A stretch of DNA of 63,237 nt, filler included, from Rhabdomonas costata (Eukaryota): assembly GCA_019059605.1 (NCBI GenBank). It is 46 parts of 46 records of this genome, joined end to end, with 100 filler letters (N's around TTAATTAATTAA, not from the genome) between each part and the next. Parts side by side here need not be neighbours in the genome. Positions count along the whole stretch, not along the records: positions 50,955 to 52,231 come from JAHMHO010020952.1; positions 52,332 to 53,608 come from JAHMHO010020953.1; positions 53,709 to 54,985 come from JAHMHO010020954.1; positions 55,086 to 56,362 come from JAHMHO010020955.1; positions 56,463 to 57,739 come from JAHMHO010020956.1; positions 57,840 to 59,116 come from JAHMHO010020957.1; positions 59,217 to 60,493 come from JAHMHO010020958.1; positions 60,594 to 61,870 come from JAHMHO010020959.1; 38 more parts are not named here. One strand, 5' to 3'. Under the pieces are notes generated by a model that was given only the letters and a program-made list of their open reading frames with translations, did no database searches and was not told the DNA's origin. The translations under genes were made by a program, and so were the position numbers. This document shows positions 50,955-62,341 of this stretch, in pieces; position 1 is the first letter of the stretch, and every line of letters begins with the position of its first letter.

Positions 50955-52231
50955 GGTGGGGGGTGGAAGGACGGCAAGCGGCACGGGTATGGATACCACC
51001 GAGGGGACGACTTCACGTACTCCGGGCAGTGGGTAGAGGGCCACATGGAGGGTCAGGGCACCTACACCCACACCGAGACTGGCACAGACGGGCAGGTTAC
51101 CACCTGCCTCTTCTGCCTCTCGGCGCTGCGTTATACACTTCTCAAATGCTCCGCTTGATGCTCCGCTTGTAGCACTTGTGGATAACGTTTTCTGAGTTGG
51201 AGGGCTTGCGTCGTAGCGCGCCGCACGCGCTTTTTGTTCTGCTCCCTTTGCTACCATGTGTTCCATTTATTTAGTTATCTGATGACTGTTGAATTCTGGT
51301 GAAAAACTGGAATGCTTTCTGAAAATAGCACTGAATATCGGTTTTCTGCTTTAAATGGTGATCAGCAGCCCTACCTAGTAGGACCACTTGCTTCTATTTC
51401 ACTTCCTTTTACCCTCCAGGCGTTGCTTTCTAGCCGCTGATGTTCGTTAAGGTGGTCTCAACCAGGTGCCATGCCGGGATGAGTTGCAACTTCTGCTCAT
51501 TCATTCATTCATTCATTCATTCATTCATTTGCCATTCGTGCTGCTCCTTGGTTCCTCAGAAGACATTGCTGTCCTACATCGGCGAGTTCAAAAGAGGCCA
51601 GCGCCACGGGTACGTCGATCCCCTTCATCTGCTGCGGTGTTGAGTATAATTTCACTTTTATTTGTGGGTGGAGGACACGTCGCTTCTTTGGCATTTCTGA
51701 ACCTTTCGGGGCTTTTCTTTAAAAAGCTTCTTATTGGTATCTTGCTCTGCTGCAGTGAACCATAAACACAGCAATAGCCTTCGAAAAAACCGGCATCATC
51801 AAACCAAACCAAACTGCAGCTACAGACAGATATCATTCAGTTTTAAAGCTTAGTCTACTTCCAGAGCACCCAACATCTGGTCACATCTGCTCAGTCCCAT
51901 GTGACCGCCCCGAGAGCTTTCGATGGGTTCATGTAAGCTGTGTGGTTTTTTGCAACATTGGGAGCGGCAAAATTATGCTCGGGATATGTTGTTTTGGCTC
52001 TAGGTTTGGCACCGAGCTCCGCGTGGCCTTCTCCGACGCTAACGCACACTCGTCTTCCTCCGCAGACAGCTCTACCTCGGCGGCCTTCACCGCCCCCGTG
52101 GCGCGGCATAGCAGCTACACGGGGCAGTGGGTGAGGAACCTTCGGCATGGCGTGGGGACATTCTTTTACGAGGACGGTTCGCAGGTCACGGGGCAGTGGG
52201 TGGAGGGTGAACTCGACCCCTCCTGCCCACC
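50955..52231 (+). CDS. MORN-repeat protein; exons 50955-51095, 51560-51609, 52004-52231
   Basis: Repeated YxGxWxxGxxHGxG units (YSGQWVEGHMEGQG, YIGEFKRGQRHG|FG, YTGQWVRNLRHGVG), with GT-AG introns in phase. Confidence 0.9.
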
Positions 52232-52335
52232 NNNNNNNNNNNNNNNNNNNNNNNNNNNNNNNNNNNNNNNNNNNNTTAATTAATTAANNNNNNNNNNNNN
52301 NNNNNNNNNNNNNNNNNNNNNNNNNNNNNNNGGGT

Positions 52336-53430
52336 TTGGGTGTCAATGGAATGAAGAGTTCCCGTGGCCATTTTTCACGACATTTAAAACTCTCAAAGCT
52401 TCAGGTACCACTGGCCCCCAGGGAACACCTCCCAAGCATATATGATTTGGGCCATGCATATGGCAACGCTTCCTCTTCAGAGTGCGTCGCTGGATTCCAC
52501 ATCGGGCACGACAGGAACCTTGCCGTCTTCAATGAAGGAATTTTGGCCTCGATTTCCTCGTACTCCTCGATTCTTGAGTTTGCCAAGGCGATTTGTACCC
52601 TCCCTGCTGCATGTCCGCTTGTTGGAGACAGCCCCTTGTGGAGACAGCTGTTGTCCCGCGAGGCTGCAGTGCTGCGGCAGCGGTGTGGCAAACCCATTCT
52701 GTGGATCGGAGGGCACCACGCTGCCCATGCCGCGTATGGGTTCTTTACCTCCCCCCTGCGCTCGGCCCTTGTGCTGGCCCTGGATGGAGGAGGTGATGTC
52801 CAGCCCCTAGCGTCGAGCCTCTACCTGGCCAGCCGGAGTGCTGGGCTGCAGCGGGTGGAGGTCAGCAACCTCAGCATGGGCTGCCTTTGGTTCAACCTCA
52901 ATCGGGCGGCACGGTGTGGGCAGAAGCTCGCCCCCTCCCACAGTGCAGGGTGGCCTGATCAGCTCATGGCCGAGCCGCAAGCCACGCCCGAGTCCTCTTT
53001 GCTAGCCTTGCAGGGTGAGGTGAACTCTTTCCTGGAGGACTGCTGCCGAACGGGCTGGTTTCAGGTTCGGGTGCGGTGCCCTGGACGGGCCAAGGCCATA
53101 GCTACCAAGCATGGCATCTGCGCGGCGTCCGGGAAGGCTTTGTTGGCTGCGGCACTGAACGCGGTGATGCTTGCGAGAACTCTGGAGCTTGCCCTGCCAC
53201 ACCTGCAGAGGCATAAAGTGGAGGGGGTGGTGCTCTGTGGTGGGGTAGCTTACAACACAGCGCTTCGTGAAAATCTGTCTCGAAAGCTCAGGGTGAGGGT
53301 GTATGCCCCACCTAATCCGGGGGACATCACCCTCGGTATCGGGCATGCTTTATTGTACTTTCGGACCCCGTGGGCCCTCAAGGTTAACGAGACTCTTGTC
53401 CAGAGAATGGTTGTATACAATTCCAGGTAG
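52336..53430 (+). CDS. Carbamoyltransferase (NodU/CmcH family) N-terminal Kae1-like domain
   Basis: GHD near the start, HHAAHAAYGFFTSP, LALDGGGD, LCGGVAYN and VYAPPNPGD...IG. The true start is uncertain and there is a possible GT donor at 53427. Confidence 0.85.
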   Translation: MGVNGMKSSRGHFSRHLKLSKLQVPLAPREHLPSIYDLGHAYGNASSSECVAGFHIGHDRNLAVFNEGILASISSYSSILEFAKAICTLPAACPLVGDSPLWRQLLSREAAVLRQRCGKPILWIGGHHAAHAAYGFFTSPLRSALVLALDGGGDVQPLASSLYLASRSAGLQRVEVSNLSMGCLWFNLNRAARCGQKLAPSHSAGWPDQLMAEPQATPESSLLALQGEVNSFLEDCCRTGWFQVRVRCPGRAKAIATKHGICAASGKALLAAALNAVMLARTLELALPHLQRHKVEGVVLCGGVAYNTALRENLSRKLRVRVYAPPNPGDITLGIGHALLYFRTPWALKVNETLVQRMVVYNSR

Positions 53431-53712
53431 TCTTCACATTTGTTAGATGTACTTAATAAGAATGTGCAAAAGGGCTGTTTTCGCGCAGTTTAAAGCGTCT
53501 TTGCATTGCAAAAAGGAATACCCATTTGAAAGTGAATTTCGTGGTCACGTATGCGATGGTTGTAAGGGCGTTCTAACAAATGTGAAGACTACCTGGAATT
53601 GTACACAANNNNNNNNNNNNNNNNNNNNNNNNNNNNNNNNNNNNNNNNNNNNTTAATTAATTAANNNNNNNNNNNNNNNNNNNNNNNNNNNNNNNNNNNN
53701 NNNNNNNNGGGT

Positions 53713-54081
53713 TTGGGGGCATGTGACTCCAACCTCAACACTGGCTTTGTCGAAGGGGTGGTGTTTGATGTGGAGCAGAACAATGTTTGGTCAGACTCTT
53801 TTGGAGTTCGAGGTGAGTCCGACGCAGAGAATGCAGTGAAGGCCAGGCAGTGGCTGGAGTCACATGCCCCCAAGTTGGTCCCGATTTATGCTCACCGCGC
53901 GATGTGCAGCGAGCCCTGCGTGGCAGAGCAGCCGGTGTTGTCGATTTGGCAGACAGACATAATCGTTTACGGGTTCGACCTGCCGCACTACCTTTCGGAA
54001 GAGTTCCACTTTGAGCCCGTGGCCCCGGTGCCGACAAAAGCGAAGGTGAGAATCCCATTTTGGATGGATTTTGTAGAGTAG
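53713..54081 (+). CDS. Bacterial-type SMI1/KNR4-associated protein, C-terminal part
   Basis: EGVVFDVEQNNVW...APKLVPIYAHR...PVLSIWQTDIIVYGFDL..Y...EF...IPFW is a motif set recalled from bacterial proteins annotated SMI1/KNR4 family. Confidence 0.7.
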   Translation: MGACDSNLNTGFVEGVVFDVEQNNVWSDSFGVRGESDAENAVKARQWLESHAPKLVPIYAHRAMCSEPCVAEQPVLSIWQTDIIVYGFDLPHYLSEEFHFEPVAPVPTKAKVRIPFWMDFVE

Positions 54082-57000
54082 AGCTGCTTGGCTGTTGTGC
54101 TGCATTCTAAACTCTAACGACGTTGTGTTGTTCGCTCCTGTGTGCTTTGTTCTTGCACAGTCTTCTTTTCTCAACCCGAGGAACACGTTGATCGAATGGG
54201 CGCCTTTCTCTGCGCAGCCTTCGTGCTGTTGCGGAAATGACAGCTAAAGCAGTCACAAATATTCTCCGCAATCGCGTGATTTTCGTTCTGAAATAGACGC
54301 AGCATATGTTGCCGTCCATTTTAGCAGATCCCTGCGCGCTACGGACGTTTTCAAAAAAAAACGTTCGTTTAACAGGCGAAGGACCAAATGTTTTTGTGAT
54401 AAACGGCTCAAGTGCGACCAGCAGGTCTTCCGATTATTTTGAGCGTCTTCATTTTGAAGCACGGACCTCCGTATCGCGTCCGTGCCCGGCAAAAGCGCCA
54501 AAGCGTGCCCTTCGGTCCGGCCGACCTTTCACCAATTCTGTTTGAGCTTTCATTATCTTGTTCGGGTGCGGATCCCGGTCCTCCAAAGTCACACGTATGT
54601 CCCTTTCTTTCCTCCCGATCTGCTTGCTTGAACATCCCCGTCTACCAACGCCGCTTCGCGGAGGCCGCCCCTTTTCCGGTCCCCACCGTCCAAATGCGGG
54701 CGTTTCCGTGCGTTTTGCGTTCTTTTTGCCCCGTTCGAATCGGGAAATTCCGGCGAATTCTTTGGACGTTCCTGTGCGCACGACCGTGCTTCCTCGGGGT
54801 TTTTAATTAATGAGCCCCCTGCCTGCTCAGAATTGTGACCTTTGAACGTCACTTCTATGGCGCCCTTTTTGGGCTTGATAGTATCCGATATTTCCGCAAA
54901 TTACGGCCATTCCTATCACCGTGCTGTCCTTCCGGTGCGTGTTTGTAAGCCCTCATTTTATACGCTTCCCGCCAAACCCACACCCNNNNNNNNNNNNNNN
55001 NNNNNNNNNNNNNNNNNNNNNNNNNNNNNTTAATTAATTAANNNNNNNNNNNNNNNNNNNNNNNNNNNNNNNNNNNNNNNNNNNNATTTCGCTTCTGTGT
55101 CCCGTGGAAAGTTTTCTGAGCTGCTTTCTTGTGCTGGCGGGGAAAGGAAAGCCAAAGTAAGCGACTTTTTCAGACCAGAAAAAAAGGCGCAGGTGAAGTG
55201 GTTTGTTGCTTGTTTCCGCTTTCCCCAACTGAGTACCGTGTGATCGACTGTTGCCCATGATATTGTCATGAATACCGAGAGGGATGTAAGGGCGCAGGCA
55301 GTCTGAGATCTCGAAAGCTGATGTTTTCGACCCTTACTGCATTACTGTTTGGTGCCGTCCCCCCTCACGTCCCGGACAGTTTCTGTTACCTTTGGGTTGC
55401 CCCTATGTTTCCCGTGGACGTGTTTTCTATGCTGTTTGCTTGTTCTCTCGGGGAGAAACAAAAGTTTTCGAAGGAAACCGGGGTTTCCTTATCTTTTTGA
55501 GAAGGCCTTCCAAACCCTGCAGGTGGCAAGTCCCTTCACTCGGTCGGTAAGCGTCTTTGTCTCTAGGCAGGACACACAAGGCCTTCTCCTGAGCGGGTAC
55601 ATTTCGTAGTGTATATCGAAGGTGCCCTCGGAAGACTTCTCAGTCACATAATAATTACAACTGTCCAAAGCAGGCCCGGGTCTTAGCTGTATGCAATGGG
55701 CATTCCGAAACGCTGCGTGGCCGTGTCCTGTCACTCAGACCGGTATTCGGGCCGCCTGGCGGCTCTTTCTTCCAGCGAAGCGGAGGAGTTTTTTCAGGGT
55801 GACTTTCAAACGCTGACTTATCGTTTGGTATGGCCTGCGTCACCTCAAAAGTAAGCACTGACAGTTAAAGGTCACAAATCAGGCTTGATAAACAAGCACA
55901 ACCGATCTTCTAATACGAAAACGCCTGATTTAGTGCACACTTTTGTAAGTTTTGAATTTTTGAGGTGACGCGGACAATATCATGTTTTCCCGTAACTAAA
56001 CGTAGTGTAGTGTAGTTTAGATACGAGAAAAACGGGAAAATGTCCGTGTGTGTGTCTGTGTGTAGACTTTTTTTGCGCTTTTTTTTTTTGCGCGAAGTAG
56101 TCGGCGTTTCAAGCCTCCGTAGGGCCTTCACGCCCCAGGTTTGTGGGGGTGGGCTATCCAATCTATCTGGGCTATCAAATTCCGGGGCGAAAACTCGACG
56201 ATTTTAATTTTTCGAACCTAATAACCCCCTCATGAAAATTTTCAACTTTTGGGCCCGCGGACATTGCCGAATTTTTTTTCACAAAAACGCTAAAAATCGC
56301 GTCTTTGGACTATAGAACAAAGTAGTCTTCGAGTCCAGCTCGGAAAAAGTGACCAACCCCCCNNNNNNNNNNNNNNNNNNNNNNNNNNNNNNNNNNNNNN
56401 NNNNNNTTAATTAATTAANNNNNNNNNNNNNNNNNNNNNNNNNNNNNNNNNNNNNNNNNNNNGTGTGGTGGTGTGTCAACGGGAAGGACTCCCCAGAACA
56501 GCGGTAACAAAAACAAATCAAAGGAATAAAGAAATAGAAGTTCAGGTGCTTCATGTTTCCACGAAAAAATCTATACTTGTCAACAATTTTCGAAGCCACC
56601 CCGTTCACAACACTTTTTTTTTTGGAACAACAGATTCTTTGATGCCTGCATCTTTGCATCTTTCTTTATAAACTTCTTGCACTTTAATTTTGCGATTGCA
56701 TAAAGAAAAGCCCGAGAGAACCACCAGAATGGCGAATGCGAATGAAAAGGCCGTCTTTTAGGATCCAGCAGGTCTGTTCTCTGGCATTCTCTGGCAGAGG
56801 TTACTGTTCTGGCAAAGATGAGCTGCCACGCATAAAAAGGAGAGAAAGGCGTCAGGGGAGGGCGGGTGTTTTTGGTGGTTCGGTATCGCTTGAGATGAAG
56901 GGCCCTGGGACGTTGGCTAACAAGCTTGGAAATCAATGTGTCAGACAACACAGACTAAGGGACTCAGGGACCCACCGGACTAGCTTCAGAAGACAACTAC

Positions 57001-57841
57001 TGACTGCCCACTCGAGCAGGAGGCTTGGGGATTGGGGTAGAACGGGCAACCAACATCCAGAAACATAAGGGCATGCTGCATGATGTGTGCGGAAGGCTGA
57101 CCGTCGTGTACAGTCCCTGAAATGACTTTTCCCGACCCCCCATGTGTGACCCACAGGTCTGTCTGTGTGCTGTATCGGGAACAGGGAGAGGGAGGAGGGC
57201 TGTTTTTGGGGAGCAATAGCCCAAAAATGCCAGCAATGGGATGGCAGAAACTGCTGGACAGCGCATCGCAGCAGGGAGTACCACAGCGGGATAGGGGAGA
57301 AGGAGGGGGCCGGAAGTTGGACATGCCAGCAACACATCCACGCTCTCCTTGAGCAGCTCGATCTCCAGCCCCAACGCCACAGGGTCACGGAGGACATCCC
57401 GGGGGGCCTTCCCCAGGAGCGCAGGGATGGGCCTCAGCACCTGCCGGGCGATCACCCCAGAAAACCTGAGAGCAGATGCCCCACGAACCCGAAGAGGGAG
57501 AAGAGGATTCCGTGCCACATTCGAGACTCCAGAAGGACTGCACCGAGGGCCACGCAGACAGGCCACAAACCGGTTCAGCACTGCCATAACGGGAAGAAAA
57601 CTCTTGCATGCTTTTTGCCGTTAATGACCACGTAAACATAAGAAATGCAACCGCGGAAAGGCCCCGGCCCGTAACATGAACTTCTGCTCCTACTAGGCTG
57701 TCAAAACCCAAGCTGGAATATGTTTAACCAGCCAAACCANNNNNNNNNNNNNNNNNNNNNNNNNNNNNNNNNNNNNNNNNNNNTTAATTAATTAANNNNN
57801 NNNNNNNNNNNNNNNNNNNNNNNNNNNNNNNNNNNNNNNGT

Positions 57842-58484
57842 GTTGGGGGCCAGGACAAGCTCCGGCCGCTGTGGAGGCACTACTTCTCCAACACCAATGG
57901 ACTGATCTTTGTCGTGGACAGCGCGGACCGCGCTCGCGTTCAAGCTGCACATGATGAGCTTCACAAGATGCTCTCCGAGGTGCCCCTTGCCTCACGTAGT
58001 CCCTCACGTTAGTCCGACAAGTACTTGGATGTAAGAGACAAGTCTCCATCCGCAGATCATGGTGGCCACTTCATCTCAATCTGTGGTTTTCGTCGTGGAC
58101 GTAGGGAAAGGCGCGTTTTGTTTGTTTGTTTGCGTTTGTGTATGTTTGTGCGATGAAAGACGGAGATAAACACTCACAAAGAGAACATGAAGGAGAGCAA
58201 TGATGAAAAGAAAAGATTCCCCTACCGTGAGACGCGCGCAGCCTGGGTGCTCGCACGGAGAGCCCTATGGGCCTGGGTTGCCGGCTCCCCCGAGTGTTAA
58301 AGGGCCTTCAAGTTCGCATTAGAATGTTAACTGTTAACTGAATTCATGTCATGATTACATATCCCTGACCTTTCTGCTTCCTGTATTTTGGAGGGGTCCT
58401 GATGCTGCGATTTTTGTTGCAGGACCAGTTGAGGACCGCGATTCTTCTGGTTTTTGGTAACAAGCAGGACCTCCCCAACTCCAT
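57842..58484 (+). CDS. ARF: ARF-family small GTPase; exons 57842-57979 and 58423-58484
   Basis: [29 protein letters not shown]...[22 protein letters not shown]. Confidence 0.95.
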
Positions 58485-59216
58485 GTATCTTGCAGTTTTT
58501 CTTTCTTGCGAATTGCTTGTTTGTGGGATGGGCGACTGCTGGTGAATAGTGGTTTGGGCGGGTTGGCTGTGCCATCACGGCCACGTTTGGTAGGTGCTGG
58601 ACAGTCGTCGTCTTCCATCATTCGGCTTCCTCGTTCCTTTCCATATCCCTCGTAATGCTTCACTCTGTCAGATTGCAAATTAGCGGCCATGTGTTTTCTG
58701 TCTGCGCATTCGCTCTTTTGGATTGTTCAATTTGCCTCCGGGGCATCCCATAAGCAATGAAATCTGCATCCCATTCTGGAAGGTCTCCGTCCCACAAGTT
58801 CACAACACACTCCGCTGGGATTACCTTTCCTGAGATGCTGTATCGGAATTTGCACGCTGTCCAGGTCTGCATTGCTGCTGTCGAGCTTGATCTGTAAGGG
58901 GTTAAGTAACAGAGAATGAGTGACGTGGGAAGCAGGCAGATTGCATCCTCAGTGGGAAACAAACGGGCAAAGAGAGGAAATCCACGCGAACAAGAGAACA
59001 AGAAGGGAGGTTGAGTTAACGGCACAAGAAGAGCGGGTTATGTTGTGTCAAGTGTACTGGCCTTCTTCTTCACCTATGGAATGGTGTCTGCCTAGCTTTT
59101 TGCGAATCCAACCAACNNNNNNNNNNNNNNNNNNNNNNNNNNNNNNNNNNNNNNNNNNNNTTAATTAATTAANNNNNNNNNNNNNNNNNNNNNNNNNNNN
59201 NNNNNNNNNNNNNNNN

Positions 59217-60493
59217 TTTTTTAAGTGTATCTCTTGCTGATGTGGCGATTACATCGCCATTAGATCATCAATTACTCGTTTATGATAATGCAACTAGTAA
59301 ATGGATAAATACAACTGGATTATTAAATGTATCATTATCTGATGTGGCGATTACATCGCCCATAAATCATCAATTACTTATTTTCGATTCTGTATCTAAT
59401 AAATGGATCAACACATCTGGATTATTAAGTGCTTCTTTATCTGATGTGGAGATATTATCTCCACAAGATCATCAACTAATTGTGTATGATTCAGTATCTA
59501 ATAAATGGAAAAATACAACTGGTTTATTAAGTGTATCTCTATCAGACGTGAATATCACGTCTGTATCAGAGAATCAATTACTTGTATTTGATACTGCTTC
59601 TAGTAAATGGATAAATTCAAGTACATTATTTGATACAGTATTTACTCTTGTAAATAACGTTGATAAAACAAAGAAAGTACAACTGTCATTATCAGAAATT
59701 ACAAGTGGCGAAACAAGAATTTTAACTGTTCCTGACGCTTCTTGTGTCCTTGTTGGAGATACAAATGTTCAAACATTAACCAATAAAACATTAGTTGATT
59801 CATCAAATATTATAATGGCTACTTCATTAAAATCTGCAACATCAAACATTGATATATCATCTGCGATCGCACCAACCAGTAATCAAGTACTTACTGCAAT
59901 TAATCCTGCTACTGCAAATTGGCAAACTTTGGATTCATCTTTCTTATCTGATATGGCAATTACATTGCCATTAAATAATCAATTGATGATATATGATTCT
60001 TTAAATAATAAATGGACAAATGGAAATGGTCTATTAAGTGTATCATTATCTGATGTTGCGATTACATCGCCATTAGATCATCAATTACTCGTTTATGATT
60101 CTGTAACAAGTAAATGGATAAATACAACTGGATTATTAAATGTTTCTTTAGGAGACGTGAAAATCACGTCTCCAATGAATTATCAATTACTTATTTATGA
60201 TTCTGCATCTAATAAATGGATTAATACATCTGGATTATTAAGTGCTTCTTTGTCTGATGTAGATATAATATTGCCTCAAGATAAACAATTACTTGTTTAT
60301 GATTCTATGTCGAATAAATGGAAAAATTCAACTGGATTATTAAGTGTATCTCTATCAGACGTGAATATTACGGCAGTATCAGATAATCAATTACTTGTAT
60401 TTGATTCTTTATCTGGTAAATGGACAAATTCCAGTTCATTATTCGATACAATATTTACTTTGAAAAATAATATTGATCCAACCAAAAAACCAC
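59217..60493 (+). CDS. Viral fibre/adhesin-like repeat protein, open across the whole contig
   Basis: AT-rich and intronless. Nine 34-aa units (DVxITSPxxxQLLVYDxxxxKWxNxxGLL) plus a TRILTVPDA...QTLTNKTL...QVLTA...ANWQT segment. Confidence 0.8.
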
Positions 60494-61210
60494 NNNNNNN
60501 NNNNNNNNNNNNNNNNNNNNNNNNNNNNNNNNNNNNNTTAATTAATTAANNNNNNNNNNNNNNNNNNNNNNNNNNNNNNNNNNNNNNNNNNNNCTTTGAA
60601 GAGTTTGCGACTCCAACGAAATCACCCTTGTATTTTCTTACAAAGAACCACACGTTTTGTTTACAGCTAAAGGGGGCAGTGCTCACATGGTTTTGTTCAG
60701 GAAGTGGTGCGTGTGTGTATTGTTTAACAATGTGAAGATGTAAAACAAATGGCACTGGTGGGATGAGAAAACAATACCACAAAAACCCCAGTAATTGGTA
60801 AAAAAAAGTTGGCGTTTGTTGTACATGTAGAAGCTGTGGACAGTGGAAAGTGGGTGAGTAAGTGGTGGAGCAGATGTGATGGACGAGGAAGCTGTAAGAG
60901 CGATAAATAAGGACTTAGAGGCTTGGGATGTAAAGGCAAAACGTGTGCATGTCGCAGACGGAATGAGATGGCTTGGAACGTGGGGCCACAGCGGTTGCTG
61001 AGGCAAGGCACAATGTAATGTGAAGGTGCTGACTGGAAGAGAAGGTATGCGACATTGGAAAATGTGGTGCTGTGATGTGTTTAGAAGGGAATTTATGATG
61101 AAAACGGTGGAGTGGGTGGATGGTCGACATGTACACAAGTGTTCATTGTGTGTGTGCCTTGGTACGTGTGCGTGTGTTGGTAATGGTGGTTGATCCTGTG
61201 TGTGGATGGG

Positions 61211-61870
61211 CACGGTGCACACTCTCACCCCAATGCCCTTTGTGTCGTCCAAAACGAACACCAGCATTATAAACGCGCAAAAAAACCAACAGGTGTGCAG
61301 AACAAGCAGAACAATGACACGCCACAGCACACGGCGCCAAGGCGACAGCGGACCATTTCGGTCTCCTCCACGTGCACACGATGAAACTCACCAAACACGG
61401 CCCGCTAAGGTCGTTCTTATCCAGAGGCTACGTCCACAAATCGACCAGCAGTGGTCGTTACCCACACGTAGCCATATTTTCCAGAGGAATGGCCAGGCGC
61501 CAAAGCCTGACCAACCCCAGCACAAGTCCTCGCCACCTGCAAGGCCTGCAACAAAGAGTGTCGTCAGGCTACCTTCCCAACACTCGGCTGTGGCAAAGGC
61601 TGGAGGTCGCTCGGAGTCCCGATGCATCGTCGAGCGATCGCTTCCACTCCGGGATCCCTTGACAAGCCCGGCATCCGGAGAGGTCTTCAACTCAGGGACC
61701 AGGACCCGATCAACAATGGCATGAACTTCAACGACGCTTCGGCGATTTGGAACAAGTCTGGCCTGATTTACGGCCTGTTCCATTTCGCCTCGGGTCGCTG
61801 GTACGTCGGGCAGAGCATCCGGCGGATGTGGGAAAGGTCGAAGGATCACTGGCATCAGCGCAAAACCACA
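61211..61870 (+). mobile_element. GIY-YIG endonuclease-bearing element (Penelope-like candidate), frameshifted
   Basis: The frame 61511-61870 gives CKACNKEC...SGLIYGLFHFASGRWYVGQSIRRMWERSKDH (GIY/YIG/R/H pattern). It is preceded by a 134-bp repeat shared with 24499-24632. Confidence 0.7.
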
Positions 61871-62184
61871 NNNNNNNNNNNNNNNNNNNNNNNNNNNNNN
61901 NNNNNNNNNNNNNNTTAATTAATTAANNNNNNNNNNNNNNNNNNNNNNNNNNNNNNNNNNNNNNNNNNNNGGGGGGTTGGGGAAATTAACAGCAAGGTTG
62001 CAGACATATTGAGATCAAGGGAATGAGTATTCCCAGACCCCTCTGCGCAGATAAGCACATCACGATCCGACAACAACCGACCACAACCCCAAACGCGAGA
62101 TTGTGAGAACGATGGGAACGGTACGCAAAATCGAGGCCTGTGGCTGGCCTGTGTTCGTTCGTTGGTTCATTTGAAAAGTTCCAC

Positions 62185-62341
62185 CTGTAGCTGGGCCAGG
62201 TCCTGCACGACGCCCCGCTCCGTATCCACGGTCTCCAAATCGTGGTTGCCCAGCACGCTGAACACCCGTCCTAAGGCGGCCAAGGGCTGCAGGGGCGCCA
62301 GAGCCTGCACCAAGTACCCCTGCAGCCCCCCCTCCGAATGT
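62185..62341 (-). CDS. Calcineurin-like metallophosphoesterase exon (YkuE-like)
   Basis: LAPLQPLAALGRVFSVLGNHD contains the GNHD motif, bounded by CAG and GT. Confidence 0.7.

Noticed and set aside
56997-57587. Long ORFs in GC-rich contigs (also 2003-2533, 14461-14916, 16477-16764, 40370-40825)
   Set aside because: They probably contain real exons, but no family could be recognised and the frames are ambiguous.
1279-61970. Regularly spaced TTAATTAATTAA repeats resembling an array
   Set aside because: Always embedded in N runs. This is an artificial linker, not CRISPR or biology.
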